From: Chiloscyllium plagiosum
Lineage: Eukaryota
Assembly (NCBI RefSeq): GCF_004010195.1
Contig: NC_057722.1
Coordinates: forward strand, 65,727,932 to 65,791,931
Length of the DNA: 64,000 nucleotides
Direction of reading: 5' to 3'
This document shows, in pieces, positions 13,917-26,555 of the stretch (position 1 is the stretch's first letter; every line of letters starts with the position of its first letter). The position numbers and the translations under genes are program-made. The notes under the pieces are model-generated. The model was not told the DNA's origin, made no database searches, and was given only the letters and a program-made list of their open reading frames with translations.

Positions 13917-15499
13917 GATACAGGGCAGCCTTAAACTACCCTTAAGATTGAAACCATGCAAAGTATGTCCATTGGCTAAAGTTATACTTAACACAAACTT
14001 TTTGAATTCAAAACACATTGTCACCAGCTCCTCAGAGCACTGATTTCAGTCCAACAATCTTCACCCACTTTAACATTGAAAATTCTTCATCAGAAGGTCA
14101 GACATGGAATGATGGCAGTTCCATTTCCAACTATTCAGATGATGGAGCCAACCCATATGCAGACAACCCATGGATCGTTTTCAGCCTTGGCAGGGCTAAG
14201 TGGAAATTAACATGCAAGTGTCAAATAATGACCATCTTCAACAAAACAGAACTCAATTATCACCTGTTACCCTTAATTTATGTTACTAATGCTAAATTCT
14301 CTACTTCCTACATCCTGCATGATACCTTTGGCCTGGAAAAGCCATAGAAATATTTTGCTTTCAGGCGCTGGATATTCTGAATAGAAGGACTCACTTCCTG
14401 CTTTCCCCAAAGCTTTTCACCAGCTGTGGGATACAATTCAGAGGGTGATGTGTGTGCAACTGCAACAACACCTCAAGAACATTAAGGACCAAAGCAGCTT
14501 ACTTGATCAAAATGTAAACCACATTAAACTGGAACTTCAATTTGAATGGTGGGGAGTAGCAGCAGTGTGCACCATTCATCAGGTGCTTTTGAGCAATTTG
14601 CAAAGGTGTCTCCTTCCACACCCAGGACTTCTACCATCTAGAAGAATAATGACAGCAGATTCTTTGTGAAAACCAGTGTGTGAAATCTTCCCTCTAAGCT
14701 TCAAACCATCTTAACAGAGAATGTTTTCCACAAACATTCAGCCTACCAAAACTGTATCAGCCCATTACAAGAGCAAAGTAGCTTCCCTGTTTCCGCCTAA
14801 CCACACATATCTTAGAGTGCTTATCTAATTTCTTTCAGAAGCCATGAATGTATTTGCCACCATCTCTATTAATGACTGCATTCCATATTCTAACCACTCA
14901 CTGAGTAAGGCATATGCTTTCCTAATGCATCATTCAGTACTTTGGAAATATATTGTTGCTCCTTTACTGTTACTTCACAAACTTAGAGGTTTGTCTGACA
15001 GTGCAGGCTATCTGTTGCTGTACCATTAGGAGCACAGTACTTTGGGAGGATGATTTACCACCGACATCTCAAGTATAATGTGCCATGGTGAAATAATGAT
15101 GACCTTGCTATTAATGCCCACATGCCAGAAATTATTAAAAAATATATTCAACCATTGCATTAATCATATTACTAAATTTCCAATTAATCATACAATAACA
15201 CAATGCAGAGGAAGGTTATTTGGATGAATGCACCCCATCAGTCTTTTAAAGCCAATTTCCGTGCTCCTTTTTGGTAATTGTGAAAGTTTTCTCCACTTTG
15301 AGTACTTATGGAATTCTGTTCTGAATTTTATTATTGACACGGTTTCCACTACCACTTCAAATGTTTTAGAGAACTTCATAAATCATGTAGGAATCTGAAA
15401 GTCCCACTTTAGAAATAAAACTGATTCAACATTGGAACAGACTTTAAGTTCACACCTTTAATGCATTGTCTGAGCTAAGAAAACACCTATTGTTAGATA

Positions 15500-15775
15500 A
15501 ACTGAAGCCACTTTGAGAATATAACTTCAAAGGTCTTTTCAAATTTACAAACTAGAGAGCCTAAACCAGCATATCCCATCCTAAAAGATGCAAGACTTAA
15601 TCTAAGTTTGTTTAATATATTGTTACAACTCCGTGACACTGTGACCCTTTTGCTATACATTCTGTGTCTTCTGGTCCTGTTCCACAATCACCGGATGAAG
15701 AGGCACCGCCTCAGAAACTAATGATTCCAGATAAATCTGTTGGACTATAACCTGGTGTTATGTGATTGTTAACTT
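15500..15775 (+). mobile_element. Penelope-like element terminal fragment with decayed hammerhead
   Basis: Inverted homolog of 16185-16450; cac-CGGATGA-agaggc-acc-gcctc-agaaact. Confidence 0.65.
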
Positions 15776-16152
15776 AATCTCATGGTGGTGGTGAACTATT
15801 TGCATCAAACACCTGTCTATTCTGTGCTGTGTTGAAGCTGTTGCAGAATTTTGATTCAGTAACAGCGTAAGAGGTCATTGCAATGTGTATTGTTATCATA
15901 TATCAGGACTCTTCATGAATCCTGGTCAGCGTACATTCAGATAATTAACTGGGAATGTTAAACTTAGAATAGACAGTTTTGCACTCCCTTCCAAAACCAT
16001 CTCGAAAGCACATCTCAATGTTGGATACGTGGGCCTGCTGTATGATACTTACCTGAATACTTATCCTGGTATTGCCCCATTTTCAGTCTAGGCCAATGAC
16101 TAACTGTGGATCCCGTCCCATTGCACCCTCATGACTCTTAAAAACCCCATTC

Positions 16153-17720
16153 TTGGAAGTTCTGGTGTTGGACTGGGTGGACAAAGTTAAAAATCACACA
16201 ACACCAGGTTATAGTTATTTGGAAGCACTGGCTTTTGGAGTGCTGCTCCTTCATCAGTGGTTGTGGAGAATAAGATCATGTTCACAGAATTTATAGCCAA
16301 AGGAGTCCAGTGTCATGGAGATGTGTTGCAGTAAAACAATCTTAGATTAAAACTTTCATTTTTTTATAGTGGGATATGCTGGTTGTGTTCTTTGATATGT
16401 AAATCCCAGAGCTTCTTTAAAATTACATTCTCAAGACAGCTCAAGTTTTTAAACAATAGGTGTGAAGTCTGTCGGTGTCCCAATGCCATCTCAGATTGAC
16501 AAACCCTCTGTATAATTTTACAGAGTTTTACATGAATTCATGTAGGTTTTGAGCAAAATAAAATGTAATTCTGCTAAAACAAATTCACCCCATAAGCTTC
16601 TATGTGTGCACATATAGGAGCGACAGATTGAGTGTGCATTTGTGGGTGTGAATGCATGTGATAGAGAGAGAGTGTGTGTGTGTAAGCTTGCATAAGTGTG
16701 TGTATGAGTGTGATGGGGTATGTGTCTGTGAGAGGGTATATATGTCAGTGTAAGTGTGGGGAGGGTGTGCGTATGAGAGAGAATCTGCGTGGGTGTGTGA
16801 CTATATCGGAGTGTGTGTGCGTGTGTGGGGGGGGGGGGTTAACCTGTACTGTGACATGAACCCAAGGTCCCAGTTGAGGTCATTCCCATGGTTACCGAAC
16901 TTTGCTATCAGCTTCTGCTCAGCCACTATTGCTTGTCCCAAAGTCCGACTTGGAGGATGTTCATCCAAAGGTCTGTGGCTGAATGTCCCGGACCGCTGAA
17001 GTGTTCCCCAACCAGGAGCAAGCACTCCTGCTGTTGTGCAGTTCATCCATTGTCTTAGCGTCTGCTGGGTCTCGCCAATGTATCATGCCTCAGGGCATCC
17101 TGACTTGCAGTTTGTGAGATAGATAAGGTTGGCTGAGTCACATGAGTTCTTGCCGCATATGTGGTGGGAGATGTCCCCATGTGTAATGGTGTTAAAAGTG
17201 TTGATACTCTGACACCTCTTGTAGCAGCTGCTGTGGCAAAGTTGTACAGTGTTATACAAAGTCTGGGCAGTTTGCTGTGAATCATGGCATGTTTAAGGTT
17301 TGGTGGTTGTTTAAAAGTGAGAGATGGAGGCTCCAGGAAGGTCTTAGTGAAGTGTTCATCCTCATCGATAATGTGTTGAAGGCTGTGAAGAATAAGGTGT
17401 AGTCGTTCAGCTCCCGGGAAGTACTGGACAATAAAGGCTGGACAGAAGCTGATAGCAAAGCTCAGTACCCATGGGAATGGCCTCAGCCATGACCTTGGGT
17501 TCATGTCACACCACAGGTGAGCCCACTGCATGATATACATGCGCACACACGCAAGTCTACATATACATCCATGCAGGCCCCTTCTCTCTCTCATATGCAC
17601 ACCGACACACGCACCTCCTCATACATACCCCATCACACTCACACACACACACACATTTCACCAAGCTTGCACACACATATACACCCAACTGCCAAACACA
17701 CTTCCACGCAACTCCACCCC
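16153..17720 (-). mobile_element. Penelope-like retroelement (GIY-YIG end plus terminal repeat) with inverted partial duplication
   Basis: QYFPGAERL..LQHII..FKQPPNLK linker and EQKLIAKFG.H..LN.DLGFMS.Y GIY-YIG C-terminus; 17441-17720 is an inverted copy of about 16630-16920. Confidence 0.85.
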
Positions 17721-18699
17721 ATGATTTGACTATCTAACTCTGATGACCTAAAGTGCGAGTTATGAATATACACAGTAAAGGATGCAGCACACTTCCTTTC
17801 TCCCGCCAACAATCTTGTATGTATACTGTCACCAACCTCTTAATCCAGTTTTGTTATGTAATATGTTATCAAATGTCGGAAATACATGATGCATAATGTT
17901 TACCTCAGCGCCGTCCAAAACGTCATTTTCTGTTGCTAGCATTGATTATACACACACAAAATACCTCGCGAAGCGTCCTTTTCATCTCTTACAACAAAAC
18001 CATCCAAGCCAGTTGAGTTTTATTTAAAAATGCGAATTTCGTAATCAAATAACTGTGTTAAAATTATTTTTAATTAACCCATACTTGCTGTCATTTACTC
18101 AACCGGAATTGTTCCAAATAGCAACTAATTTTGAATTATTGTCTGTGAGTTCCCGGCAACACCGACTTTCAGGTGACTGGCCTGAAATTGTACGGTTTAT
18201 CCCCCCACTTGTTTTTATTTCAGCAGAAGTGTAACATGTGAAATGTTATAGTCGCGTATCAGTGCTCCTGTGTCATCCGGGATCGGAAAATTATGAGTTG
18301 GGCATTTACTATTCCATCTTTACTTTCCTTCGCAATATAGAAGAGCTGACAACTTCTACCATCCATTCCTTTCATCTATATTGAGCATTTCCGTTTCTGT
18401 ATTGTCTCTTCATTTGCAAGATCGAATCTAGGAACATATTTGTACCATCTTCTTACAAAGGCTCCTGGCTAAACTGCCTTCCGTTTCCACCCCCCCCCCC
18501 CCCCCCACTCCAAACTCTAAAACGATCGTATAGTGTCTGTGGCAACACCTGAAAACCACGCAGAGTTTTTAGTTGATTCTCCCATGATTATGTTGCTGGA
18601 GCGCTGTTCCCTTGTTTGAAGCTCTGTACAATTGCTATTGATGAGACAGGCCATTGAATTGCATAACAATTGTTATGAATGCGTCAAATTCAGCTGATA

Positions 18700-19345
18700 T
18701 AAAACAACATAAAGAATTGCGGATGCTGGAGATCTGAAATAAACAGAAACAGAAATTGCTACAGAGATTCAGAAGGTCAGGCAGCATCTATAGAGAGAGA
18801 AAACAGCATTAACGTTTCGACTCCAGTTCTTCAAAATTGGACTGACCGTTCTGAAGTAAGTTAAAAAATCACACACCAGTTTATAGTCCAACTGGTTTAT
18901 TTGGAAATACAAGCTTTCGGAGCGCTTTTCCTTCGACAGGCAGCTCGTGGGCAGGATCATGGGTCACATAGTTTATATATAGAACTGATGCGATGTATTG
19001 AACAGACCGAGATGGCTGTTAAGTCTTTAATCACTTCGAATGAATTGCAGGTTTCGTTTCATTAATATGTAAATCCCAGAACTTCTTCCATGTTGCATTC
19101 CCGAGATAACTTAAGGTTTTATACGTTAAAAAAATGATATCTCAGCTCAGACAATACATTAAGATGTGAGATTAGAGTCTGCCTGTGTTCCAACCTTGAC
19201 TGGTATTATTTCCAAAGTAGGACTTTATAAAATGTCACATGGACTGCATGTCTACAGATTGTGTGTCTTTTTAAAAAACAAAATAGAATGTATCTGCAAA
19301 TACAAATCTGCAAATGCAAATTCACCCCTTGGATGTATTAGTGCG
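18700..19345 (-). mobile_element. Two abutting Penelope-associated terminal fragments
   Basis: 18700-18855 belongs to the 2560/25005/39510 family; 18858-19345 is homologous to 16185-16600. Confidence 0.7.
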
Positions 19346-19805
19346 TGTGCGTTTTATAAGGACATTAACGACATAACCAGGTTCCAGAGCGCTTTATAGC
19401 CAATGAAGTTTTTTTTGACCTGCAGTCACTGTTACAATACACGAAAATATTTAATCTGTTAACTGCTAAATCCTAGGTAAAGTTCTCCCCGTTCTGTTCC
19501 GCATTAATGACAGAATGTTGCAGACAGAGAGGAATTAGTCGACGCTGCCTGAGACAGCCATTGGAAAATTCCATTCAAGTAGCTCCATATCCAAGCATCA
19601 GTCCACACACCATGATCACCTTAGTACACCACAAATTTCCTCTGAACAAGGTCCCAGTGATCTCAATGTTTCTCTGGAGCTTAGGACATGTCACCACTTG
19701 CCCGTGTGATAGTTCCTTTGTGGGTTTTGAGGCAGTTGTTAGACATTTCCTTCACGCGGAGTCAATTCTAACTGAAAGAAATGGAAAAGCGGTGAGATGA
19801 AACTG

Positions 19806-19813
19806 TATATAAA
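19806..19813 (+). promoter_or_regulatory. TATA box, gene 2
   Basis: TATATAAA followed by GGCAC, 53 nt before the ATG. Confidence 0.7.
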
Positions 19814-19858
19814 GGCACTTGCTGGGAATTTCCAATCACGGTGACTTGCTGATAAAGG

Positions 19859-20064
19859 ATGGTTTTGCTTTGGGCTTTGTTCACCCTGCTAACACCTGTA
19901 TGGGCAGGCTATCAGCCAGTCTGCAAACAGTGGGAGAAATTCGACTTACTCAGTTTATTCAAGGCTGGAGACATTGTTTTGGGCGGAATTTTTAGCCTGC
20001 ACTCCAACGTAGAATATCGGAAAGTATCATTTGCAAGGCAGCCCGAGGCAGTAGAATGTAAAAC
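19859..20064 (+). CDS. V2R gene 2 exon 1
   Basis: [23 protein letters not shown]; donor AC|GTTAGT. Confidence 0.92.
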
Positions 20065-23000
20065 GTTAGTTGCATTTTGCAATGAACAAAATTTCCTTAA
20101 ATAATTCTGTGATGTGATGTTTGTGTCTGGTGGGTGCATCATTGAGCCTGTTTGCATTTGGAATTATATCTCAAATTGTAGCGAAAAAGAATGTCCTTCA
20201 ATTGCGACGACCATTATGCAAGTATGGATTCGAGGAGTTGAAAGGGAAGTTTTTTTTTGTGCGCCCGCCGACAGTCTGTTTCTGTATTGATAAGTTTATT
20301 AAGAACTACTGTATTTAACAGTACAATTGCATGTCTCTAAATCACTTATTGGTCAAATGCTAATGTGATTTCTTTCCCGTTCTGCCAATATTGTATTTTT
20401 TTTGTAGGTTTGATTTCAGAGAATTTCGCTTTGTGCAGGCGATGTTGTTCGCAATTGAAGAAATAAACAGGAACCCTACTCTGCTCCCGAACCTTACACT
20501 GGGTTACCAGATTTATGATTCGTGTGGCATGCCGTCCTTGTCTATTAAGGCAGCCTTAGAGATTTTAGATGGGCGAAGGGACGCTGTTTCAGAGGATGAC
20601 TGTAGGAATGTAAATGCCATTGTTGCTGATTCAGGATCCTCACAGTCCGCTGCAGTTTCAAGGCTATTAAGCCCTTTCAGAATCCCCATGGTAAGTGAAC
20701 TACATCGAGTATTATAACAGCGCAACATTGAGAAGTTCCCATAGCATAGAAATAACCACCTGACGAAGGAGCAGCGCTCCCAAAGCTAGGCTTCTAAATG
20801 AACCTGTTGGACTGCGACCTGGTGTTGCGTTATCTTTAACTTCGTATACCACAGTCCAAAACCTGCATCTCCAAAACTAAAGCATAGGGTCATCAAGGTT
20901 TAACAGCAGAGAAAGATATCTTTCGGTTCTTCGAGTCCGCTTCCAATATCAATAATCCATCTATTCTAATAAAATTTTCCAACACTTGGCTTGTAGCCTT
21001 GTATGGCGTTTCAGATGTTCATCTAAGTAGTTCTTAAATGTCTCAAGCGGTCCTGTCTCTACCAGCCTTTTAGGCAGTGAGTTCCTAACACCAGAAAATG
21101 CAACCTTCAAATTCCCTTGAACTGTCCTGCTCCTCACATTAATACTGTAACCCCTCGCTCATGAGCCCTCCACTAAGGGGAAAAGTTTGTCCCTATCGTG
21201 TGAAACTATCATGGTATTCGAACAGATGAAAGACTCAACAGACAATCAAGGTATTTTTCAATGTATAACCTCAGTTACATCACACTGTAAAGTTTTGCCT
21301 TACAATTGTGTCCTCCACAACCACCTGATGAAGGAGCGGCGCCCCACACACCAGTGTATGGAAAACAATCCTATCCGATCTAATCTGTGTTTATTGATGT
21401 ATCACTCCTGCCCAGACATCATTCTGGTGAGTTTCTTATACACCCCTCTACTGTGCATCCTTGTCATTTTATAATGAGCAAAACTATATACAATACTTCA
21501 GCTGTTGTGTATTATTATGCACAGTTCTATCATTACTTCCCTTTTTCGTTTTCTATACTTTGATTAATAAACTGTAATGAGGTTGATTGAATCAACATAA
21601 ATTTAACCTAATTTGAAATTTACAATAAAATCTCCACAGGTAAACAGTGAAAATCTGTAATGAAAGGTGATTAGATTGAAGAGAAGAATGGAATTTAACA
21701 TTTCAATTTCATTCACTGATTTGCTATTGTTGTGGTATTTATAATGAAATGACCATATCCTTTAATCATTATTCGTTATTATTAACTATTGGCACTCGAC
21801 CAGGCATTTGAAATTGATGTGTTTTTGAATAAGAAAGACAGATTAAATTTTGCTGATCTAGAAGTATTGTTCAGAAGTCTCTTTGAGATTGGATCATAAA
21901 GTTTTGAAACCGCTCTTGTCTGTTCTCAGTTTCAAATATTCAACAATAATTTCTTCAAATTTTGTTTGCCCTTTTTTGTTCTCATGTCCATTTGATATTC
22001 AGAAGGGTCTCAATGTATATTTGCAGTTTATCATTTGTTGTTAATGGCTCGGTTACATTTCATCTTTCTCGCATATCTTCACTGCCAAAAAATTTTGTCT
22101 GAGATGCTGTGGACTTGCCTCAATTATGACATAGGTTCTTATGATTACTGCCCATGGTGACAGATCAATACCACACACGTGCCACCAAGCACCATATTTG
22201 ATGAGGTATGAAGTAAATGTATAACCTAGCTGATTGTTATTAAGATTAATTACCTTTCCAATGTCCTACTGTCTGAGTGTTAATTGTGTTGCAAATGGAC
22301 TGATATCTGGGATAGTAGGACTGACATGTGAAGGGAGACTGGATTGAATCCGAATATGGTCATTGGAGTTGCAAAGAATGATGGATATCTCATAGAAACC
22401 TGTCAATTTCTAACAGGACGAGACAAACAAAAGCAGGATGGATGTTTCCAATGATTGGAGATTCCAGATCATGGCTGAGACAGGGTAGGTCATTTAAGAC
22501 TGAGATGAGGAAAGATTTCTCCACCTACAGAGTGGTGACCCTGTGGAATTCTTTGCCACAGAAAGCAGTTGAAGGCAAAAAAAGGGAGAATATTTCCAAG
22601 GAAGAGCTAGATATAATTCTTCAGGCTAAAGTAATTAAAGGATAAGGGAAAACAGGGGACTGAGTTGAATGGTCAGCAGAATCATATTGAATGGCAGAGG
22701 AGGCTCAAGGGTTAAAAGGTCAATTCTTGCACCTTTTTTCCATGTTCTAACCTCTATGCATATTGTTATATTCAAATATAAAAATGTTCAAACTCTCAAC
22801 TATCTTTTAAGATCAGAGCAACTTTAAAGATTAGCCCATGTAGGAAGGACTAGTAATAACATTGGTGTGTGTCAACACCCTCAAGTGAACATTTTCAACC
22901 TTTGAACCTTGGCTGTGACTTTAATTCAGTCTTTTATGGTGACACAATGTCAGATTTATTAATACCTGTTCTCATCAACATTCAAATGCAGTCAATTTCC

Positions 23001-26000
23001 AGCATGGGTCCCTGAGTAATATTTATTGCCTAGATTCATTATCTTGGCTGTCATAACAGCTGAAATCAATGAAAGAAGCACTCAGTAATGAAGGTGGAGA
23101 CAGCTACCCCCTTCATTTGATACCTTAGATATCGTTAATAGACCAAAGGAGTTAATAACTGACTCATCAGGAGGCCTATCTTTTTGTTTTCTAATTATTG
23201 TTTTTACAATTCTGATTTCCAACAGGTCAGTTATTTTTCAACCTGTAGTTGTTTGAGCAACAAAAAAGAACATCCATCATTTTTCAGAACAATACCCAGT
23301 GATTACTTTCAGGCGAGGGCATTGGCTCAACTAGTGAAACATTTTGGATGGAATTGGATTGGAACAATCAAGAGTGACAATGACTATGGAAACTTTGGGA
23401 TGCAAGCGTTCACAGAAGCTGTCCAGCAGTTGGGAGTTTGTATTGCCTTTTCTGAGTCCTTTTGCAGAACATACCCTAGAGAAAAGTTACTCAGAACTAT
23501 TAATGTTGTGAAGGAAGCAAACACAAAAGTTATTGTGGCCTTTATTGCTAAAGGTGATATGGAAATTTTGCTAAAGGAGATTGCAAGACAAAACATCAAA
23601 GGCATTCAATGGATAGGAAGTGAAGCTTGGATTTCCACAACAATTCTTCCCTTGAAAGAAAGCCGAAGGTTTCTGACTGGAGCATTAGGAATTTCAATTC
23701 CTCAAGCAAACATCCGTGGTTTTAAGGCATTTCTGTACCAAGCACACCCTTCTGCAAACCCAGGAAATAGTTTACTCAAAGAATTTTGGGAAACAACCTT
23801 CAATTGTCATCTAAGCTTGGCAGGGAATCAGGCAAATGGAACAGAAGAAACTTCTGAATGTACAGGCCAAGAGAGTTTGCAAACCATTAAAAATATCTAT
23901 ACTGACACATCTCAGTTGAGAGTTACATATAATGTGTACAAGGCAACACATGCTATAGCTCATGCTCTGCACCACATGCTCAGATGTAACACTGTGGACA
24001 AGGCATCCTGGAATAATACATGTGACAATCTGTCCAATTTTCAATCACAACAGGTATTGAAACTATTTTACAGTTGAAACAAAATCTTACTGTGTTCCAA
24101 TTATATTCATGGTAGGACAGAAAATAAGGTTCAAATAGTTGTTTCTTTTTTGCAGTTCATGCTATTTCAATTGTTTTCTCTTAAAGCTTTTGCAATACTT
24201 GAAAATGGTCAATTTCACCACTATGACTGGAGAAACGGTGCACTTCAATGAAAATGGGGATCCCATTCCAAAGTATGACATTGTAAATTGGCAAAGCACT
24301 GGGGATGGCACTGATGTAGTAACAGTAGGATATTATGATGGATCTGCAACTCCAGGTGAAGAATTCTCTATTAATGAAGAATCAGTTGTTTGGAGTGATG
24401 GGCGAAGAAAGGTAATTTAAAATTTATTGTTTTGATATCTTTCTTTTTGATCTTTCAGGTCAGATAAACTAGTTCTCAATAAATAACCATTGATGAGGCA
24501 GGGAAGGCAATAAAAATACAGCTTCTTGTCCAATTAATCTTCATGTACACCCTCACATTTACAATGGCTATTCTGTGAGGGTGGCGCAAATGGAATAAGA
24601 CAATAGCAATTACTATGAGGAATCAGATTAAAATACTTTTGCTAGTAATGCAGAACCCTGAACTACTAATGTTATGGTGCATTTAAATAGCAATATGGCT
24701 GTTGGCAATTTTAAATTCAGTTAATTTAAAAAATCTGGCATGAAATTTCTATAAATTCTTATAACAAATCAAACTGGTTACCTATTATTCTGTAGGGAAG
24801 AAAATATGCTGTGTGGCCTGACTCCAGATCCACAGTAGTGTGTTTGAGTCATAACTATTCTGTGAAATAGCCTAGATAGCTATTCAGTTGCCACCAGTAA
24901 CTCTGCAAAGATTAATTTCCAATAATACCCACATCCTGTGAATAAATAAATACCAATGACTTATGTAATTCACAGAAGAATCTTCCTATCATAGCTCAAA
25001 CAAAAACAAAATACTTTGGATATTGGAAATCTGAAATAAACCCACAAAATACTGGAGAAGCTCAACAGATCTGGAAGCATCTATGGAGAGAGAACTTGAG
25101 TTGCTATGAATCTGCATTGGAAGAACGTAAATTATTGTTTCTATCTCCATAGAATCTGCCAGACCTCCTGGGTTTTTCCAGCATTTTCTGTGTTTGTTTC
25201 CAATATAGGTCATCTGGTAGCTCCCTTACATTTGTATATCATTTAACTGGATGTTCGCAGCCACCTTTTTGGTGGAGACACTACAAATCTAAATCAAGCT
25301 TTGATCTCAAGGACATTTGTGACTTTTGTGACATTAGTCTGTGCTTTTCATCTCTAGACCAAACTTTAGATCGTGCAAAGCTCTAAACATTTATTAATCT
25401 CATTTACATAAGGTACCACAGGCAATTTGCTCTGAAAGTTGTAAACCTGGAACAAGGAAAGCTGCCAGAAAAGGGCAGCCTATTTGCTGTTTTGATTGTG
25501 TAGAGTGTGCTGAAGGGGAGATCAGTAATATTACAGGTATATAAATACATAAACCCACATATGTACTTAACTATTCATGCATTTTAACTTATTTATATCA
25601 TTTTAATTTTTAGAAAAAACTTTATTTCATGTACTTGTGCTTATTTTAAATAGATTCAATAACGTGCCTAAAATGTCCTTGGGATTATTGGCCAAATGAA
25701 CAGCGAAACCAATGCATACCGAAGATGACTGAATTTCTCTCCTTTGAGGAGATCATGGGGATCGTTTTAGTGACACTGGCATTACTTGGAACTGGCTTCA
25801 CTGTGTCTGTAACCGTAATTTTCTGTGTTCATATCAACACTCCCATTGTTAAAGCCAACAATGCAGAATTAAGCTTTCTGCTTCTTTTTGCTTTAGTGCT
25901 GTGCTTTCTCTGCTCAATAACATTCATTGGAAAACCTTCAAACTGGTCTTGCATGTTACGCCACACCATGTTTGGTATTACTTTTGTTCTCTGCATTTCC

Positions 26001-26555
26001 TGTGTTTTGGGCAAAACCTTGGTTGTAATGATGGCCTTTAATACAACCCTTCCTAATAATAACATGATGAAGTGGTTTGGGCCAGTACAACAACGTCTGG
26101 CCATTTTCATCCTTACATTTATACAATGTCTAATATGCATGGTCTGGCTAATTACATCACCACCCTATCCACTGAAAAATGTGAATTATTTTAAAGATAT
26201 TATTATTTTAGAATGTGATGTTGGGTCTGTGACAGCCTTTTATTTGGTTCTTGGTTATGTAGGATTTTTGTCTTGTGTTTGTTTTGCGGTTGCCTTTTTA
26301 GTCCGTAGACTGCCAGATAATTTCAATGAAGCTCAATGTATTACTTTTAGCATGCTTATATTCTGTGCAGTTTGGATAACATTCATTCCTGCTTATCTAA
26401 GTTCTCCTGGCAAATACATGGTGGCTGTAGAAGTGTTTGCCATTCTGGCATCCAGTTTTGGTCTACTTGTCTGCATTTTTGTTCCTAAATGTTACATTAT
26501 CCTACTACAACCAGAGAAGAATACAAAGAAACATTTGATACACAAAGTCACTTGA
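19859..26555 (+). CDS. V2R/OlfC-family class C GPCR, gene 2; join(19859..20064,20408..20690,23226..24053,24187..24411,25413..25536,25654..26555), 2568 nt, 855 aa
   Basis: Same six-exon structure, intron phases and motifs as gene 1; joined frame is open. Confidence 0.95.
20408..20690 (+). CDS. V2R gene 2 exon 2
   Basis: Acceptor tttgtag|; [20 protein letters not shown]; donor |GTAAGT. Confidence 0.93.
20752..20877 (+). mobile_element. Penelope-like terminal fragment with hammerhead motif (GAAA changed to CAAA)
   Basis: cac-CTGACGA-a-ggagc-agc-gctcc-CAAAGCTAG followed by the family tail. Confidence 0.75.
20880..21560 (-). mobile_element. Decayed CR1 3' end interrupted by a Penelope fragment (about 21200-21345, + strand)
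   Basis: CR1 3' motifs on both sides of ccacCTGATGAaggagcggcgcccc. Confidence 0.55.
22290..22750 (+). mobile_element. CR1 LINE 3' fragment
   Basis: [27 protein letters not shown]. Confidence 0.8.
23226..24053 (+). CDS. V2R gene 2 exon 3
   Basis: Acceptor aacag|; VSYFSTC..FQSQQ; donor |GTATTG; 828 nt. Confidence 0.93.
24187..24411 (+). CDS. V2R gene 2 exon 4
   Basis: Acceptor ttaaag|; [18 protein letters not shown]; donor |GTAATT. Confidence 0.92.
24630..24950 (+). mobile_element. Old SINE, second family (also about 53390-53730 on the - strand)
   Basis: Inverted similarity to 53390-53730; 3' end cccacatcctgtgaataaataaa resembles the LINE tail at 6400-6478. Confidence 0.55.
25010..25205. 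repeat. Decayed palindromic Penelope-associated element
   Basis: Left arm aaaatactggagaagctcaacagatctggaagcatctatggagaga pairs with right arm tatctccatagaatctgccagacctcctgggtttttccagcatttt. Confidence 0.7.
25413..25536 (+). CDS. V2R gene 2 exon 5 (Cys-rich domain; absent from the ORF track)
   Basis: Read by eye as [41 protein letters not shown]; 124 nt. Confidence 0.93.
25654..26555 (+). CDS. V2R gene 2 exon 6 (7TM domain)
   Basis: Acceptor aaatag|; 7TM segments; TGA stop. Confidence 0.95.

Noticed and set aside
16600-16840. Independent GT/GA microsatellite
   Set aside because: It is part of the Penelope element and is mirrored at 17530-17720
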